The notes: a model not told the origin generated them from the letters alone. Counted from the first letter of the stretch, positions 19,952 to 29,672 are shown. The stretch: 64,000 bases of DNA from Thermodesulfobacteriota bacterium (GCA_965223335.1 OZ244991.1:2400001-2464000); one strand, 5' to 3'. Translations and numbers: made by a program.

Positions 19952-20165
19952 CCTATAGTGTCGCAGACACTAGGTCCGACATTACAGTCGATTCGCGTTA
20001 AAAAAATAGCGCAATGGAGTCGTAAATTGCACACTGAGTGTGCTCTCATAACTTATACGTCAATCTTTTGTTATGCCGCGGCGCGAGCCGTGACGGAATT
20101 AGCTATTTTTAGCTAATCGCTGTTAGTCGGTGATTTTTGCCTACTTTTCATCATGGAAAAGTAGG
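19952..20165 (+). repeat. Repeat A, complete copy with alternative apex
   Basis: tagtgtc-gca-gacacta hairpin, gcacactgagtgtgc apex, terminal hairpin. Confidence 0.9.
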
Positions 20166-20259
20166 AAGGTAAACAGGAAATTAGTTGCGATCTACTAAGA
20201 CAATTCCCTTATATGCATTTGTATCCCTTTCATACTATTTGAATGGGCTCTGGGCCCCC

Positions 20260-21540
20260 TCAAAACTGTATTGAAATCTCGGCCCTCATCACAAACGCAT
20301 CATCGGCCTCGGGTCCAAACGCCTTACCCGGGATGAAGTACCCAAACGTCAGCAACCCCGCCCAGCCCCTTTGCTCATTCTCGTAGCCGAATATAAGGTC
20401 AATCTCGTTCCCAAGCTCTTTATCGACACCGTTTGGGTCGGTCTCAATTGCAGTCTCGCGAATCTCGTCCGACGCCGCAGTCTGGCGATAATAGTGATAT
20501 ACCAGGTCAACCGAGCTCTCCTCGGTGGGTGCAATCCCCACCCCGGCTGTGAAAATCGACATATTGCTTAACTCCGGCAAAAAGAGCTCTCCGTAATAGT
20601 TAAAATCGGCAGCCCCGTTAAAATCGCTCTGGTTCCCTTGAAGCCCCGTCTGCTGAAACTGCTTGCTGCCAAACGCATAGGCCAGTGTCACAGAGGGCTC
20701 AAGCCCCACCTCAAACACATAATTGGCCCCAATGTCTAGCCCCACACCGTTTATGTTTGTGTCGCCGTCCTCACCAAACACATATGCAAGCTCTAGCCAG
20801 CCCGCAAGGCTCTCGGTAATATCCCCGTCCGAGTGTATCCCGATAAATATTGGGCTTTCGTTGGCCCCCGTACGATCGCGCCTAGCCACCAGATAAGCCG
20901 CCGCAATAGCCTCTTCGCTAAGCTCATAGGTCAGGTATGCGATAAAATTGTTTATCTTCTCGTCCCTCTCCCCACGCAATAGGTCGCGATACACAAACCC
21001 GCCCGAGCTAAACGAAAACCCTGCCACAAACCTGGGCAGCAATATGAATGCCCTCGCCGCATCCAGGTCGGCGTCATACAGCCACTGACGCTCGTCCTCA
21101 AACCTCTGGCGCCCGATCTGAAACGCAAGCCTCTCGCCCCACAGGTTTTTAAACATCACATAGGCCTGCTCCAACTCCACAACCACCTTGTCCTCCTCGA
21201 GCTCATCATCCCGCCAAAGCAGCTCCCATATGAGCGAACCCACGGCAAAGGCCTGAAAATGCTCGCTGGGATCGTATGACACAGACAGAGTAAATGCAGG
21301 TTCTAAAAAGTGGAGGTCCCCTTTCCCATTTCGCTTAAGTTCGGCATTGCGCAGCCATACATACTCGGTCTCAAGCTCAATCCCCACCCTAAGGTCAGGT
21401 GCAATCTCTATCTTTGGTTCGGGCGGCGCGTTGGGGTTAAACGTGCCACCACGCTTTTCCTGCGCATAAGAGTCCTTTACACAGACCACACACAGCACCA
21501 TGACCACAGTTATCCCTACAATACATACAAGGGGTCTCAA
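20260..21540 (-). CDS. Alginate-export (AlgE-like) outer-membrane beta-barrel
   Basis: Signal peptide, ELEQAYV, IGRQRFEDERQWLYDADLDAAR, LGNEIDL, C-terminal Phe. Confidence 0.75.
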   Translation of the reverse strand: MRPLVCIVGITVVMVLCVVCVKDSYAQEKRGGTFNPNAPPEPKIEIAPDLRVGIELETEYVWLRNAELKRNGKGDLHFLEPAFTLSVSYDPSEHFQAFAVGSLIWELLWRDDELEEDKVVVELEQAYVMFKNLWGERLAFQIGRQRFEDERQWLYDADLDAARAFILLPRFVAGFSFSSGGFVYRDLLRGERDEKINNFIAYLTYELSEEAIAAAYLVARRDRTGANESPIFIGIHSDGDITESLAGWLELAYVFGEDGDTNINGVGLDIGANYVFEVGLEPSVTLAYAFGSKQFQQTGLQGNQSDFNGAADFNYYGELFLPELSNMSIFTAGVGIAPTEESSVDLVYHYYRQTAASDEIRETAIETDPNGVDKELGNEIDLIFGYENEQRGWAGLLTFGYFIPGKAFGPEADDAFVMRAEISIQF

Positions 21541-22976
21541 GGCGACTGTCCCTCGGCGACTGAAAAACTCGTACCAGCCTCCCCCACAGGTATTGTCACA
21601 GTAAACACCGATCCCTTCTCGGGCGCACTCTCTAGCTCGACACTACCCCCATGCGCACCCACCACGGCACGCACCAGGCTAAGCCCCAGCCCGTACCCCT
21701 CGTGCGAGCGGCTTATGTCACTCCGGTATAGCCTCTCCCACACCCTCTTTTGCTCCGCCTCGGCCACACCCACCCCCGTGTCGCTCACGCTTATGGTTGC
21801 GGTATCCGTATCGGCCCCGCCGTCGATCCGCACCTCCCCGCCCGGCTCCGTGTACTTCACTGCGTTATCCAGCAGGTTGGCAAACACCTGGCGCATCATG
21901 CGCCGGTCCACCGCCGCAAAAACCTCTGCCGGCAGGTTGTTTTCAATCGCTAACCCCTTCTCCTCAGCCACAATACTGTATATATCGGTCACCTCGTTTA
22001 TGACCTCTGTTACGTTTACCCATGTTTTATCGAGCTTTATCGCCCCCGACTCGGCCGCCGAGATGTCCAGCAGCGTGTTAAAAATCTCGACTATCCTGTC
22101 CGACTCCTCTATACAGTCGCTTACGGTCTCGCGCAGCTGTTCTACATCGCCCGGGTTTACCAGTGCAATCTCTGCCGAGCCGCGCAGCCTGGCAAGCGGC
22201 GTGCGCAGGTCGTGCGCAATGCTGTCGAGCGCCCCTCGCATCCCCGCCAACAACAGCTCTATCCTCTCTAGCATAGCGTTTAGCATGTTAATAAGCTCTG
22301 TGTGCACCTCGTCCCGCGTGCGCAGCGCCACCCGCTCGTCCACCCGCCCGCTCTTTACTATCGAGTTTAGTGTGCGCAGTATCTCGCGTATGGGGTTTAG
22401 CGACTGGTCGGCCATATACACGGCACCCAGGTACGCAATCAGCACTAGTGGTATCAAGAACAACAGGTATATCCGCCTCAGGTCCGCCAACAGCTCCTCG
22501 CGCTCCTCTACTTCGTGCCCCACTTGTATGACTCCCCCGTCCACAAGCGCCGCACTGGTAAACTCATACACCGGAGCGTCCGAGTCCCTCGACTCAAGCA
22601 CGGTCCACCCCGCATACGCACGATAGTCGAGCCCCCTCACCTCTTCGGGGTCGAAATCCTCCCACACCACAGGCACACTCTCCACTATTGTTGTGCCGCC
22701 CGTGCCCACGAGCCTCACGTAGTATGCATCCCGCTCTAGCTCGTCCTCGCGCAGCTCCTCTGTTAATAACTCTAGGCCCTCCTGCTCATAGCTCTCTATA
22801 TATTCCGCAAGCTCCCCGCGTATTTCCTCGCGGCTCTGGTCGTGTATATACGATGAAATAAAGCTGTATATATAAAGGTTTATGCCCACAGAACACACTA
22901 TAAACAGCAGCGTGTACATGGTGATGAGCCTAAAACTGCCAGACTTCCACAAGAGCCTAGGATTCTTTAAGAACAT
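21537..22976 (-). CDS. Sensor histidine kinase (HAMP, HisKA, HATPase)
   Basis: IAHDLRTPL H-box, NLLDNAVKY, DTGVG, GLGLSLV. Confidence 0.95.
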   Translation of the reverse strand: MFLKNPRLLWKSGSFRLITMYTLLFIVCSVGINLYIYSFISSYIHDQSREEIRGELAEYIESYEQEGLELLTEELREDELERDAYYVRLVGTGGTTIVESVPVVWEDFDPEEVRGLDYRAYAGWTVLESRDSDAPVYEFTSAALVDGGVIQVGHEVEEREELLADLRRIYLLFLIPLVLIAYLGAVYMADQSLNPIREILRTLNSIVKSGRVDERVALRTRDEVHTELINMLNAMLERIELLLAGMRGALDSIAHDLRTPLARLRGSAEIALVNPGDVEQLRETVSDCIEESDRIVEIFNTLLDISAAESGAIKLDKTWVNVTEVINEVTDIYSIVAEEKGLAIENNLPAEVFAAVDRRMMRQVFANLLDNAVKYTEPGGEVRIDGGADTDTATISVSDTGVGVAEAEQKRVWERLYRSDISRSHEGYGLGLSLVRAVVGAHGGSVELESAPEKGSVFTVTIPVGEAGTSFSVAEGQSP

Positions 22977-23634
22977 ATCCTACACCCCTTATCGTATGTA
23001 TGAGTTTAGTGGGGAATCCCCGGTCCACCTTGTTGCGCAGCCGACACACCAGCACATCCACCACGTTGGTCTGAGGGTCGAAATCATAGCTCCACACGTG
23101 CTCCATGATCATGGTCTTGGACAGCACCCGTTCCTTGTTGCGCATGAAATATTCCAAGAGCACAAACTCCCTGGGTTGTAGAGCGATGTCCTGCCCCCCG
23201 CGGGCCACAAGCCTGGTCATAAGGTCCACTCGCAAGTCCCCCGCCTCCAATGTACTGCCGTTTTGCGCCCCACCGCTCGAGCGCCGGATAAGGGCCTGTA
23301 CCCTGGCCTGCAGCTCTGCAAACGAAAACGGCTTTACCAGGTAATCGTCCCCGCCGCTCTCAAGCCCTTTTACTCGATCTTGTACTGAGTTTCGTGCACT
23401 AAGTATTATTATGGGGGTGTTCACACGGCTCTTTCGCGCCCTCGATATCACATCGAGTCCCCCAAGCCCGGGCAGCATCAGGTCCACCACCGCGGCATCG
23501 TATTCCTCACCCTCAAGCATCTCTAGGCCCGTCTCGCCGTCGTGCGTGGCGTCCACCGAGAACCCGCCCTCTTTAAACCCCCGAGTAATAAACGACACTA
23601 TCTTCTTATCGTCTTCTATGATCAAGAGTCTCAA
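22957..23634 (-). CDS. OmpR/CusR-CopR family response regulator
   Basis: LIIEDD, DLMLPG, DDYLVKPF, TNVVDVLVCRLRNKVD, HTIRGVGY. Confidence 0.95.
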   Translation of the reverse strand: MRLLIIEDDKKIVSFITRGFKEGGFSVDATHDGETGLEMLEGEEYDAAVVDLMLPGLGGLDVISRARKSRVNTPIIILSARNSVQDRVKGLESGGDDYLVKPFSFAELQARVQALIRRSSGGAQNGSTLEAGDLRVDLMTRLVARGGQDIALQPREFVLLEYFMRNKERVLSKTMIMEHVWSYDFDPQTNVVDVLVCRLRNKVDRGFPTKLIHTIRGVGYVLKES

Positions 23635-23830
23635 CGTGCCCCTCCCACAAGGCCGGTTCTCTCCATCCCCTCACTTACTCGAATCATACCACGATTCCTC
23701 ACAAAACATGCCTATTTTGTAATTATTCAAGCCATCACATACCTTATATATCGTCTCAACTATGTACCCTAACTCTCCTATATATATGTAATAATAATGA
23801 CACCTTTAATGACGCTGCGATTCCCGGCCC

Positions 23831-23863
23831 AAACATTACAAATCTGTAATGTTTTTGTAATGT
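23831..23863. promoter_or_regulatory. CopR/CusR-box-like regulator binding site
   Basis: Perfect inverted repeat aaacattaca-aatc-tgtaatgttt plus tgtaatgt direct repeat at 11-bp spacing, between divergent RR and PAP2 genes. Confidence 0.65.
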
Positions 23864-23883
23864 AACCACCATTTTTATGATGT

Positions 23884-24690
23884 ATGCTTACTAATAGCCA
23901 AGGGAACAGGGACAAAACAATAAGAACATTCATACTAGCCATACTTCTGGTCATTGGCCCGGTGGGGGCTTTTGCGCAGGATTCCGAGCCCACAACCGGG
24001 GGCGAGAACTTTACACAGTACCTCACGCGCACCATGCCGCGAAATCTGTGGCTCGGCACCAAAAACACTTTCTGGGGCTGGAACCTGGCACTACTCGGCG
24101 TGGGCAGCGGCTCGGCTCTTCTACTCTCCCAGACCGATGCCGATTTGGACATACAAGACGACCTTGTGGACTCGCTCGGTGGAGCATCCAAGATCGGCGA
24201 CATTGCGGGCAACGCAGGGACCATAGCGGGGATTACTGCCGGTACGTTCCTCGTAGCGACCTTTACCGAGAACCAAAAGTTACTAGAAACCTCAAAGGCG
24301 CTTATCGAGGCCGAGATTCTCACGGCAGTTGCTACTACGGGGCTTAAACTGGCCTTTGGGCGCGAGCGTCCCGACCGCTCGGGCAGCCGCTTTAGCTCGT
24401 CGTTTCCCTCGGGGCATACCTCGGGCAGTTTTACGCTGGCTACGGTTTTTGACCAAATGTACGGTCACAAGGTGGGCATCCCGCTTTACCTGGCCGCGGG
24501 ATTCGTAGGCTGGTCACGTATATCCGACAACAAGCATTTTCTCTCGGACGTTATCTTCGGCGCCGCCATGGGGACGGCTATTGGACGCGCCGTCACCGCC
24601 ATCCACAAAAACAAGCAAATGAAACCCTACACCATCCTCCCCTACTCCAACGGAGCCTCTAGCGGGATTATGTTTACGTATAGATGGTGA
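23884..24690 (+). CDS. PAP2 superfamily phosphatase
   Basis: K.AFGRERP, SFPSGH, SRISDNKHFLSDV motifs. Confidence 0.9.
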   Translation: MLTNSQGNRDKTIRTFILAILLVIGPVGAFAQDSEPTTGGENFTQYLTRTMPRNLWLGTKNTFWGWNLALLGVGSGSALLLSQTDADLDIQDDLVDSLGGASKIGDIAGNAGTIAGITAGTFLVATFTENQKLLETSKALIEAEILTAVATTGLKLAFGRERPDRSGSRFSSSFPSGHTSGSFTLATVFDQMYGHKVGIPLYLAAGFVGWSRISDNKHFLSDVIFGAAMGTAIGRAVTAIHKNKQMKPYTILPYSNGASSGIMFTYRW

Positions 24691-24795
24691 GTAGAATACT
24701 CATTAAGAATTTGGATCTTCCGTACAAAAATACTTAATCGTATCAATCGATATTTGGGCCTTTAAGAATATATTAATCATATATATAATAAATTT

Positions 24796-26124
24796 GTGGG
24801 AAAGATAATAAGAGATCCGGTACATAATATTATAGAAATTGACGATGATGCTCTTAGAATAATAGATACAAATACTTTTCAACGTTTAAGACGTATTAGA
24901 CAGTTGGGTCTTGCTTGGCAGGTATACCCAAGTGCCGAACATAGTAGATTCACACATTCAATTGGAGTATATCACTTATCTAACAGGTTATTCGAAGTAC
25001 TTAAAGCTCAATCCGGCGAACATGGAAACATTAAAAAAGATCAACTTAATGAATTAGATGAGCACAAGAAAGTAGCCGAGTTATCAGCTTTACTTCATGA
25101 TGTTGGTCACGGTGCATTCAGTCATACCTTAGAGAAAGTAATCAAGGATATGGGTGGCACATTTGAACATGAAAATATGACAAAGACTATTATTCTAGAT
25201 GATCCCGGGATTAATAAAGTATTAAAGAGTATTGACAATGAATTACCTGAACAAATTTGCAATGTCATAGACAAAGAGTACGAAAGTGAAATCGTTACAA
25301 TGATTGTATCAAGTCAACTCGATGCAGATAGAATGGATTATTTATTAAGAGATTCTCATATGACTGGAGCTAAATATGGCTCATATGATCTCGAATGGAT
25401 ATTGCGAAATATACAAATAAGAACAACAGATGATGATGTAGATAACCCAGGAATGATGGTGATTGCAGTTGATTTGTCAAAATGTTTAAATGCAATTGAA
25501 CAATATTTACTTGGTCGCTTTTATATGTATAAACATGTATACAATCATAAAGTTGTTAACGGTTTTGAGAATTTAATAACAGGCATTTTCAAACATGTAT
25601 TAACAGAACAACCTAATTTTGATGGCATTAAAGCTCTTGTGCAGTTATCACAAGATTCTCTTCCTCTAGAAAATTTTATTGAAATTGATGACTTTTGTGT
25701 TATAGAATGGTTCAAGACGTGGTATAATGAAACTAGTGATCCAGTTCTTACAAATTTACTACAAAGATTTTTCAATAGGCAACCTCTTAAAGTAATAGAA
25801 GTAGAAGCAGATAACTTTGAAGACACATACCAAACACTTGCAAATTATTGTTCGGACTTAGGTCTAGATAAAGAATATTTTCTATATTCTGATAAGGATG
25901 CAGGGACTAGATTAATTAAAGAATCTGATGATATCAAAAATCTCACACAAAATATCTATGTGTTTGATAAAGATGGTTCAGTAAATAAAATAGGAAATGT
26001 GAAATCTAGCTTGCTAGGCCAAATTAGATACCCATTTGAAGAAAATTTCTTCAGGTTTTATGTAGTTGAAGAAGTTTATGAAAAATTCATAGAGGAGGAC
26101 AAATACAAAAATGGCAATACCTAA
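24796..26124 (+). CDS. HD-domain phosphohydrolase (YwfO/SAMHD1-like dNTPase family)
   Basis: RDPVH, FQRLRRIRQLG, AEHSRFTHSIG, LLHDVGHGAFSH, LDADRMDYLLRDS, MYKHVYNH. Confidence 0.92.
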   Translation: MGKIIRDPVHNIIEIDDDALRIIDTNTFQRLRRIRQLGLAWQVYPSAEHSRFTHSIGVYHLSNRLFEVLKAQSGEHGNIKKDQLNELDEHKKVAELSALLHDVGHGAFSHTLEKVIKDMGGTFEHENMTKTIILDDPGINKVLKSIDNELPEQICNVIDKEYESEIVTMIVSSQLDADRMDYLLRDSHMTGAKYGSYDLEWILRNIQIRTTDDDVDNPGMMVIAVDLSKCLNAIEQYLLGRFYMYKHVYNHKVVNGFENLITGIFKHVLTEQPNFDGIKALVQLSQDSLPLENFIEIDDFCVIEWFKTWYNETSDPVLTNLLQRFFNRQPLKVIEVEADNFEDTYQTLANYCSDLGLDKEYFLYSDKDAGTRLIKESDDIKNLTQNIYVFDKDGSVNKIGNVKSSLLGQIRYPFEENFFRFYVVEEVYEKFIEEDKYKNGNT

Positions 26125-26605
26125 AATCACAGATAGAATTGACCAATTATGTGATTTGCTTAATGTCTTAGGTGGAACAATTGACGGAAGAAAAAAATTT
26201 CAAAAGATCGTATTTATAGCATCTGAGCTTAATAAGTTACCAAATAAATATCGTGATTTTAATTGGAATTATTATGGCGTATATTCCTACGAATTAGCTC
26301 ATGATATAGATATTGCTAATAGATTAAACTATTTAAAGGAAGAAGATGACGAGGCTGGGTATATTTACGAACTAACCAAAAAAGGTACAGAAATAGATCA
26401 TAACTTACAATTACCTGAAAATTTAATCTCTATATTTACAGAAAATAACTCACGTTTTTTAGAAGTACTTAGCTCAATTGTTTACTTTGCAAGAAAAACC
26501 CCAAATGACGAAGAAATTAAAAATAAATTGCATAAATTTAAAGGTCACTTAAAATCCTATTTTGATGATGCATTTGCAACATACCACGAACTTAAAAGCA
26601 TATAA
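26111..26605 (+). CDS. YwgA-like / Panacea(DUF4065)-like winged-helix protein
   Basis: GRKKFQKIVF, F.WNYYGVYS.EL, YIYELTKKG, FLEVLSSIVY; overlaps the HD gene. Confidence 0.7.
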   Translation: MAIPKITDRIDQLCDLLNVLGGTIDGRKKFQKIVFIASELNKLPNKYRDFNWNYYGVYSYELAHDIDIANRLNYLKEEDDEAGYIYELTKKGTEIDHNLQLPENLISIFTENNSRFLEVLSSIVYFARKTPNDEEIKNKLHKFKGHLKSYFDDAFATYHELKSI

Positions 26606-26645
26606 ACTATATTTCACTCCAGAAATTTATGAATCTATATACTTA

Positions 26646-26870
26646 CTATACTATTTTATTTAGTAGGACATAGATCACTAATATACAAGTTGTCACTGTT
26701 GTAGTTATCAAAAATATTGACAATAAGCACCCTTTCCCACCCGTAACAATTCTACCAATCTTCCGTTGTCTGCCCGATTTTGTTAATGGCACGCCTGTAG
26801 CTCTTGATACTCTACGCTTAGCTTTTGTTACTCCAGTCATCCTTTTCCACGAGAACCCCCATTTGCCCAT
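26646..26870 (-). CDS. Small basic membrane hypothetical protein
   Basis: GFSWKR.TG.TKAKRRVSRATGVPLTKSGRQRKIG + C-terminal TM; gagg RBS. Confidence 0.7.
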   Translation of the reverse strand: MGKWGFSWKRMTGVTKAKRRVSRATGVPLTKSGRQRKIGRIVTGGKGCLLSIFLITTTVTTCILVIYVLLNKIV

Positions 26871-26944
26871 ATCTCACCTCTCACCAATTTATTGGCAAAG
26901 CAGTAAGTCTTTCTGTGCATTTAGTGAATATAATCTTCAAATAA

Positions 26945-27229
26945 CTAACAACTACCGGATTCACACTCGCATCCACATCCCCAATCACGGTGGCAGTGAC
27001 ACTCCCCTGTCTTGCGGTTGAAATGGCACCCACAACTATTCAATCCACCACCATGGGCATATAAAGGGGCTTGAAAAATACTCGTATCAAAAAGGTCATG
27101 ATCAGGTGTCAGGTCATGTATGCTAAATTCGACCTTTGAGATTGGATAATTATTATCCACATCTACAATGCTTGATGACATTGGTATCACTAAGGAAAAT
27201 ACAAATACTAATAATATAAGTCTCTGCAT
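26945..27229 (-). CDS. Secreted YHYH-like His/Cys-rich protein
   Basis: AHGGGLNSCGCHFNRKTGECHCHR motif and Cys-rich tail. Confidence 0.6.
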   Translation of the reverse strand: MQRLILLVFVFSLVIPMSSSIVDVDNNYPISKVEFSIHDLTPDHDLFDTSIFQAPLYAHGGGLNSCGCHFNRKTGECHCHRDWGCGCECESGSC

Positions 27230-27320
27230 TGCCTCACCCCCTTTTCCGTAATCAATAACAAAGAGCATTATATTCTTTATTATTAAACGATTATCTCACT
27301 CGACTGTTAACTTGTCAACC

Positions 27321-27581
27321 TCACCCTATCCTCGTACCGCATTTCGGGCAATTATCCGGGATCCAGGGGGTCCAGGAGTAGGTCCCTATCCAAGGCAGCT
27401 TGTTATATAGGATAGGCTTGTCACAGTAAACACACTTAAGCGTCTGCAGGTAATACGCAAAACCCAGTATCGGAAAGATCGCCAATGTAAAAATCAGATA
27501 ACCAAATTCCCTCGCCATCAAAAACAGCAATACCATCACCACCACATATCCCACCATCGCCCCCCTCGCCTTCTTTCTCAT
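27321..27581 (-). CDS. Two-TM protein with C-terminal Zn-ribbon (copy 1)
   Basis: KCVYCD...WTPWIPDNCPKCG. Confidence 0.7.
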   Translation of the reverse strand: MRKKARGAMVGYVVVMVLLFLMAREFGYLIFTLAIFPILGFAYYLQTLKCVYCDKPILYNKLPWIGTYSWTPWIPDNCPKCGTRIG

Positions 27582-27635
27582 ATCCTGTCCACCAATAACT
27601 CGTACAATGTTCCTATATACATGGCATTCATGTAC

Positions 27636-28163
27636 CTATTTCTGCGAATGAACCAGTTTTTCAATCGTGTTCATAGGCATAAACAATCTATCCTTTTGAT
27701 CTGGGAATTGTTCGAAACCGTATCTTATATAGAACTTCTCCGCCCCATGCTTTGCATCCACTACCATAGCGTACGCAGCTACCTCACTCGTCGCATTATA
27801 TGCCCTCTCCATCGCATCGTACAACAGCACCCCTCCAAGCCCAAGTCCTTTGTACTTGAGGTCAACCGCAAGCCTTCCCAAAAGGGCCACAGGCACATCG
27901 GTGTATCTTGGCAGCTTTTTTATAACTTCTTGGGGAAGGTCCCAAAGCAATATACTTTTCATAGAAAGGGTATAGAACCCGGCCACAACACCCGAGTCCT
28001 GCTCAACCAAGATAAACGGAGCAGCCACATTGCGCCTGGCATCTTGCCCTATCTGTTTTTTGAAATAATTATTAAGAGCCTCCATACCACAATCAAAAGT
28101 ATCTCGTTTAATACTTTTCTGAAATGCTACAACAGAGAAGTTCTTGTCTCTTTTGCTAGTCAC
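27636..28163 (-). CDS. GNAT acetyltransferase toxin (TacT/AtaT family)
   Basis: FDCG...LN.Y, GFYTLS, LPRY..VPVALLGRLAVD, GLGG.LL, VDAK, FY..YGF. Confidence 0.9.
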   Translation of the reverse strand: MTSKRDKNFSVVAFQKSIKRDTFDCGMEALNNYFKKQIGQDARRNVAAPFILVEQDSGVVAGFYTLSMKSILLWDLPQEVIKKLPRYTDVPVALLGRLAVDLKYKGLGLGGVLLYDAMERAYNATSEVAAYAMVVDAKHGAEKFYIRYGFEQFPDQKDRLFMPMNTIEKLVHSQK

Positions 28164-28474
28164 TTATTCTTTAGGATTTTGCGGTGCAGTTTCGCGGCTT
28201 TCTTAAGCTCTTTATTGGGTGCTTTTGGTTTGATAAGCGTTTTTACAAATGCAAGGCTATCAGCCATCGAAAGCCGAATGAGGGCGTCATCCTGCGACTT
28301 ATCTATAACCTCTTGCGCTGCTAGGATTGCTGATGACCTCACATATTCAGACATACTTCTCCCCAAGATATCAGCCGCTTGTTGAATAAGTTTTTTCTCA
28401 TTCTCTGGTAGTCTAATATCTATACGCTCTTTGTTATTACGAGCATTCTCTTTATAAGTTTGCAATCTCGCCAT
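28160..28474 (-). CDS. DUF1778 RHH antitoxin (TacA/AtaR family)
   Basis: ERIDIRL...EK.LIQQAA...GRSMSEYV; F...L..P.APN..L; overlaps the toxin start. Confidence 0.9.
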   Translation of the reverse strand: MARLQTYKENARNNKERIDIRLPENEKKLIQQAADILGRSMSEYVRSSAILAAQEVIDKSQDDALIRLSMADSLAFVKTLIKPKAPNKELKKAAKLHRKILKNK

Positions 28475-28533
28475 TTTTTAACCCCCACAATTATTGTACG
28501 GCACTTTACCGTACATATCAAGTACCATCCCCC

Positions 28534-28794
28534 TCAGTCAATCCTCTCTCCGCATTTTGTGCAGTTGTCCGGTATCCACGGGCTCCAGTCCCGCGGGCTT
28601 AGCGACATCAAGTGGTTGTATATAACCGGGTCCCCGCAACTTCGACATTTCACCGTCCTTACATACCACACCGACACCACCAACAGCACCGCCAGTAATA
28701 CAAGGAAATATATCGAGACCTCAAACGCCAGAATCCCCATGCAAAACCCCACAAAAAAGTACAACCCCACCACCATCTTATACCTTTCTCTCAT
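28534..28794 (-). CDS. Two-TM protein with C-terminal Zn-ribbon (copy 2)
   Basis: KCRSCG...WSPWIPDNCTKCG; same length (86 aa) as 27321-27581. Confidence 0.7.
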   Translation of the reverse strand: MRERYKMVVGLYFFVGFCMGILAFEVSIYFLVLLAVLLVVSVWYVRTVKCRSCGDPVIYNHLMSLSPRDWSPWIPDNCTKCGERID

Positions 28795-28911
28795 GTCCCC
28801 TCCCTCACCCTAATTATATGCCCTGCTACTGTTATTATAATATGTAATTCATTATCAAATAATTATTTCACAGTAAATGCCGACAGTATATAGTAAATGG
28901 AAAGTTTCAAT

Positions 28912-28963
28912 TATGTGTTAGACAACATATGTTCTTGACAACATATTGTTGGAGGAGCATAAT
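28912..28963 (+). promoter_or_regulatory. TA operator/promoter
   Basis: Two tandem imperfect palindromes tatgt...acata containing gacaacatat, overlapping TTGACA-17-CATAAT. Confidence 0.6.
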
Positions 28964-28968
28964 ATATA

Positions 28969-29343
28969 TTGAAATGGCAAGTTGAGCTCCATGATGAGTT
29001 TGAAAAGGAGTTTGATAAGTTATCAGAAAGCGTGCAAGACGAGATTTACGCCCTGGGCGAGGTGTTAAAAGTATTCGGTCCCGACTTGGGCAGACCCCGT
29101 GTCGACACGCTCAAGGGGTCCAAACACGCCAATATGAAGGAGTTAAGGTTTAACGTTGGCGATGGTGTATGGCGTGTCGCTTTTGCATTCGACCCCAGGC
29201 GCAAGGCCATTTTGCTTGTTGCGGGAGACAAATCGGGGGTTAGCTCTAAACGTTTTTATAAAGCACTAATAAACAAAGCCGATAAACGCTATGACAGCCA
29301 TCTCGCAACATTGGACTTAAATAAAAAGAAAGGGGACAAATAA
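28969..29343 (+). CDS. RelE/ParE-superfamily (Gp49-like, HigB/Tad-type) toxin
   Basis: FGPDLGRPRVDTLKGSKHANMKELRF, WRVAFAFDPRRKAILLVAGDK. Confidence 0.9.
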   Translation: MKWQVELHDEFEKEFDKLSESVQDEIYALGEVLKVFGPDLGRPRVDTLKGSKHANMKELRFNVGDGVWRVAFAFDPRRKAILLVAGDKSGVSSKRFYKALINKADKRYDSHLATLDLNKKKGDK

Positions 29344-29672
29344 TGGGTAAAAGCCTAGACCAAAAAAGAAAGACACTCAGCAAAAAGCGCCAGGCAAAGA
29401 TTAAAGCCAGGGCAAACGAACTAATTGCTCAAGAGATGACCATGCGCGAACTCAGGAATGCTCGCAAGCTCACGCAAAAAGACGTGGCAAAAACACTTGG
29501 AATCAACCAAGACAATGTCTCACGTCTCGAGTCCCGTTCGGATGTGCTGTTATCTACTCTGGAAGATTACGTAAATTCACTGGGTGGTGAGCTTCGTATC
29601 GTTGCTGATTTCCCTGACTCAGAGCCCATCACCTTAACAATAAGCTCCCGTCCGGATAAACAAGCAAACTGA
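29343..29672 (+). CDS. XRE-family HTH antitoxin (HigA-like)
   Basis: LRNARKLTQKDVAKTLGINQDNVSRLESRSD..LSTL..YV.SLGGEL. Confidence 0.9.
   Translation: MGKSLDQKRKTLSKKRQAKIKARANELIAQEMTMRELRNARKLTQKDVAKTLGINQDNVSRLESRSDVLLSTLEDYVNSLGGELRIVADFPDSEPITLTISSRPDKQAN

Noticed and set aside
21310..22626. 438-aa + strand ORF
   Set aside because: Antisense shadow of the histidine kinase; likewise 27621-28385, 23778-24323 and the many short antisense ORFs within the array
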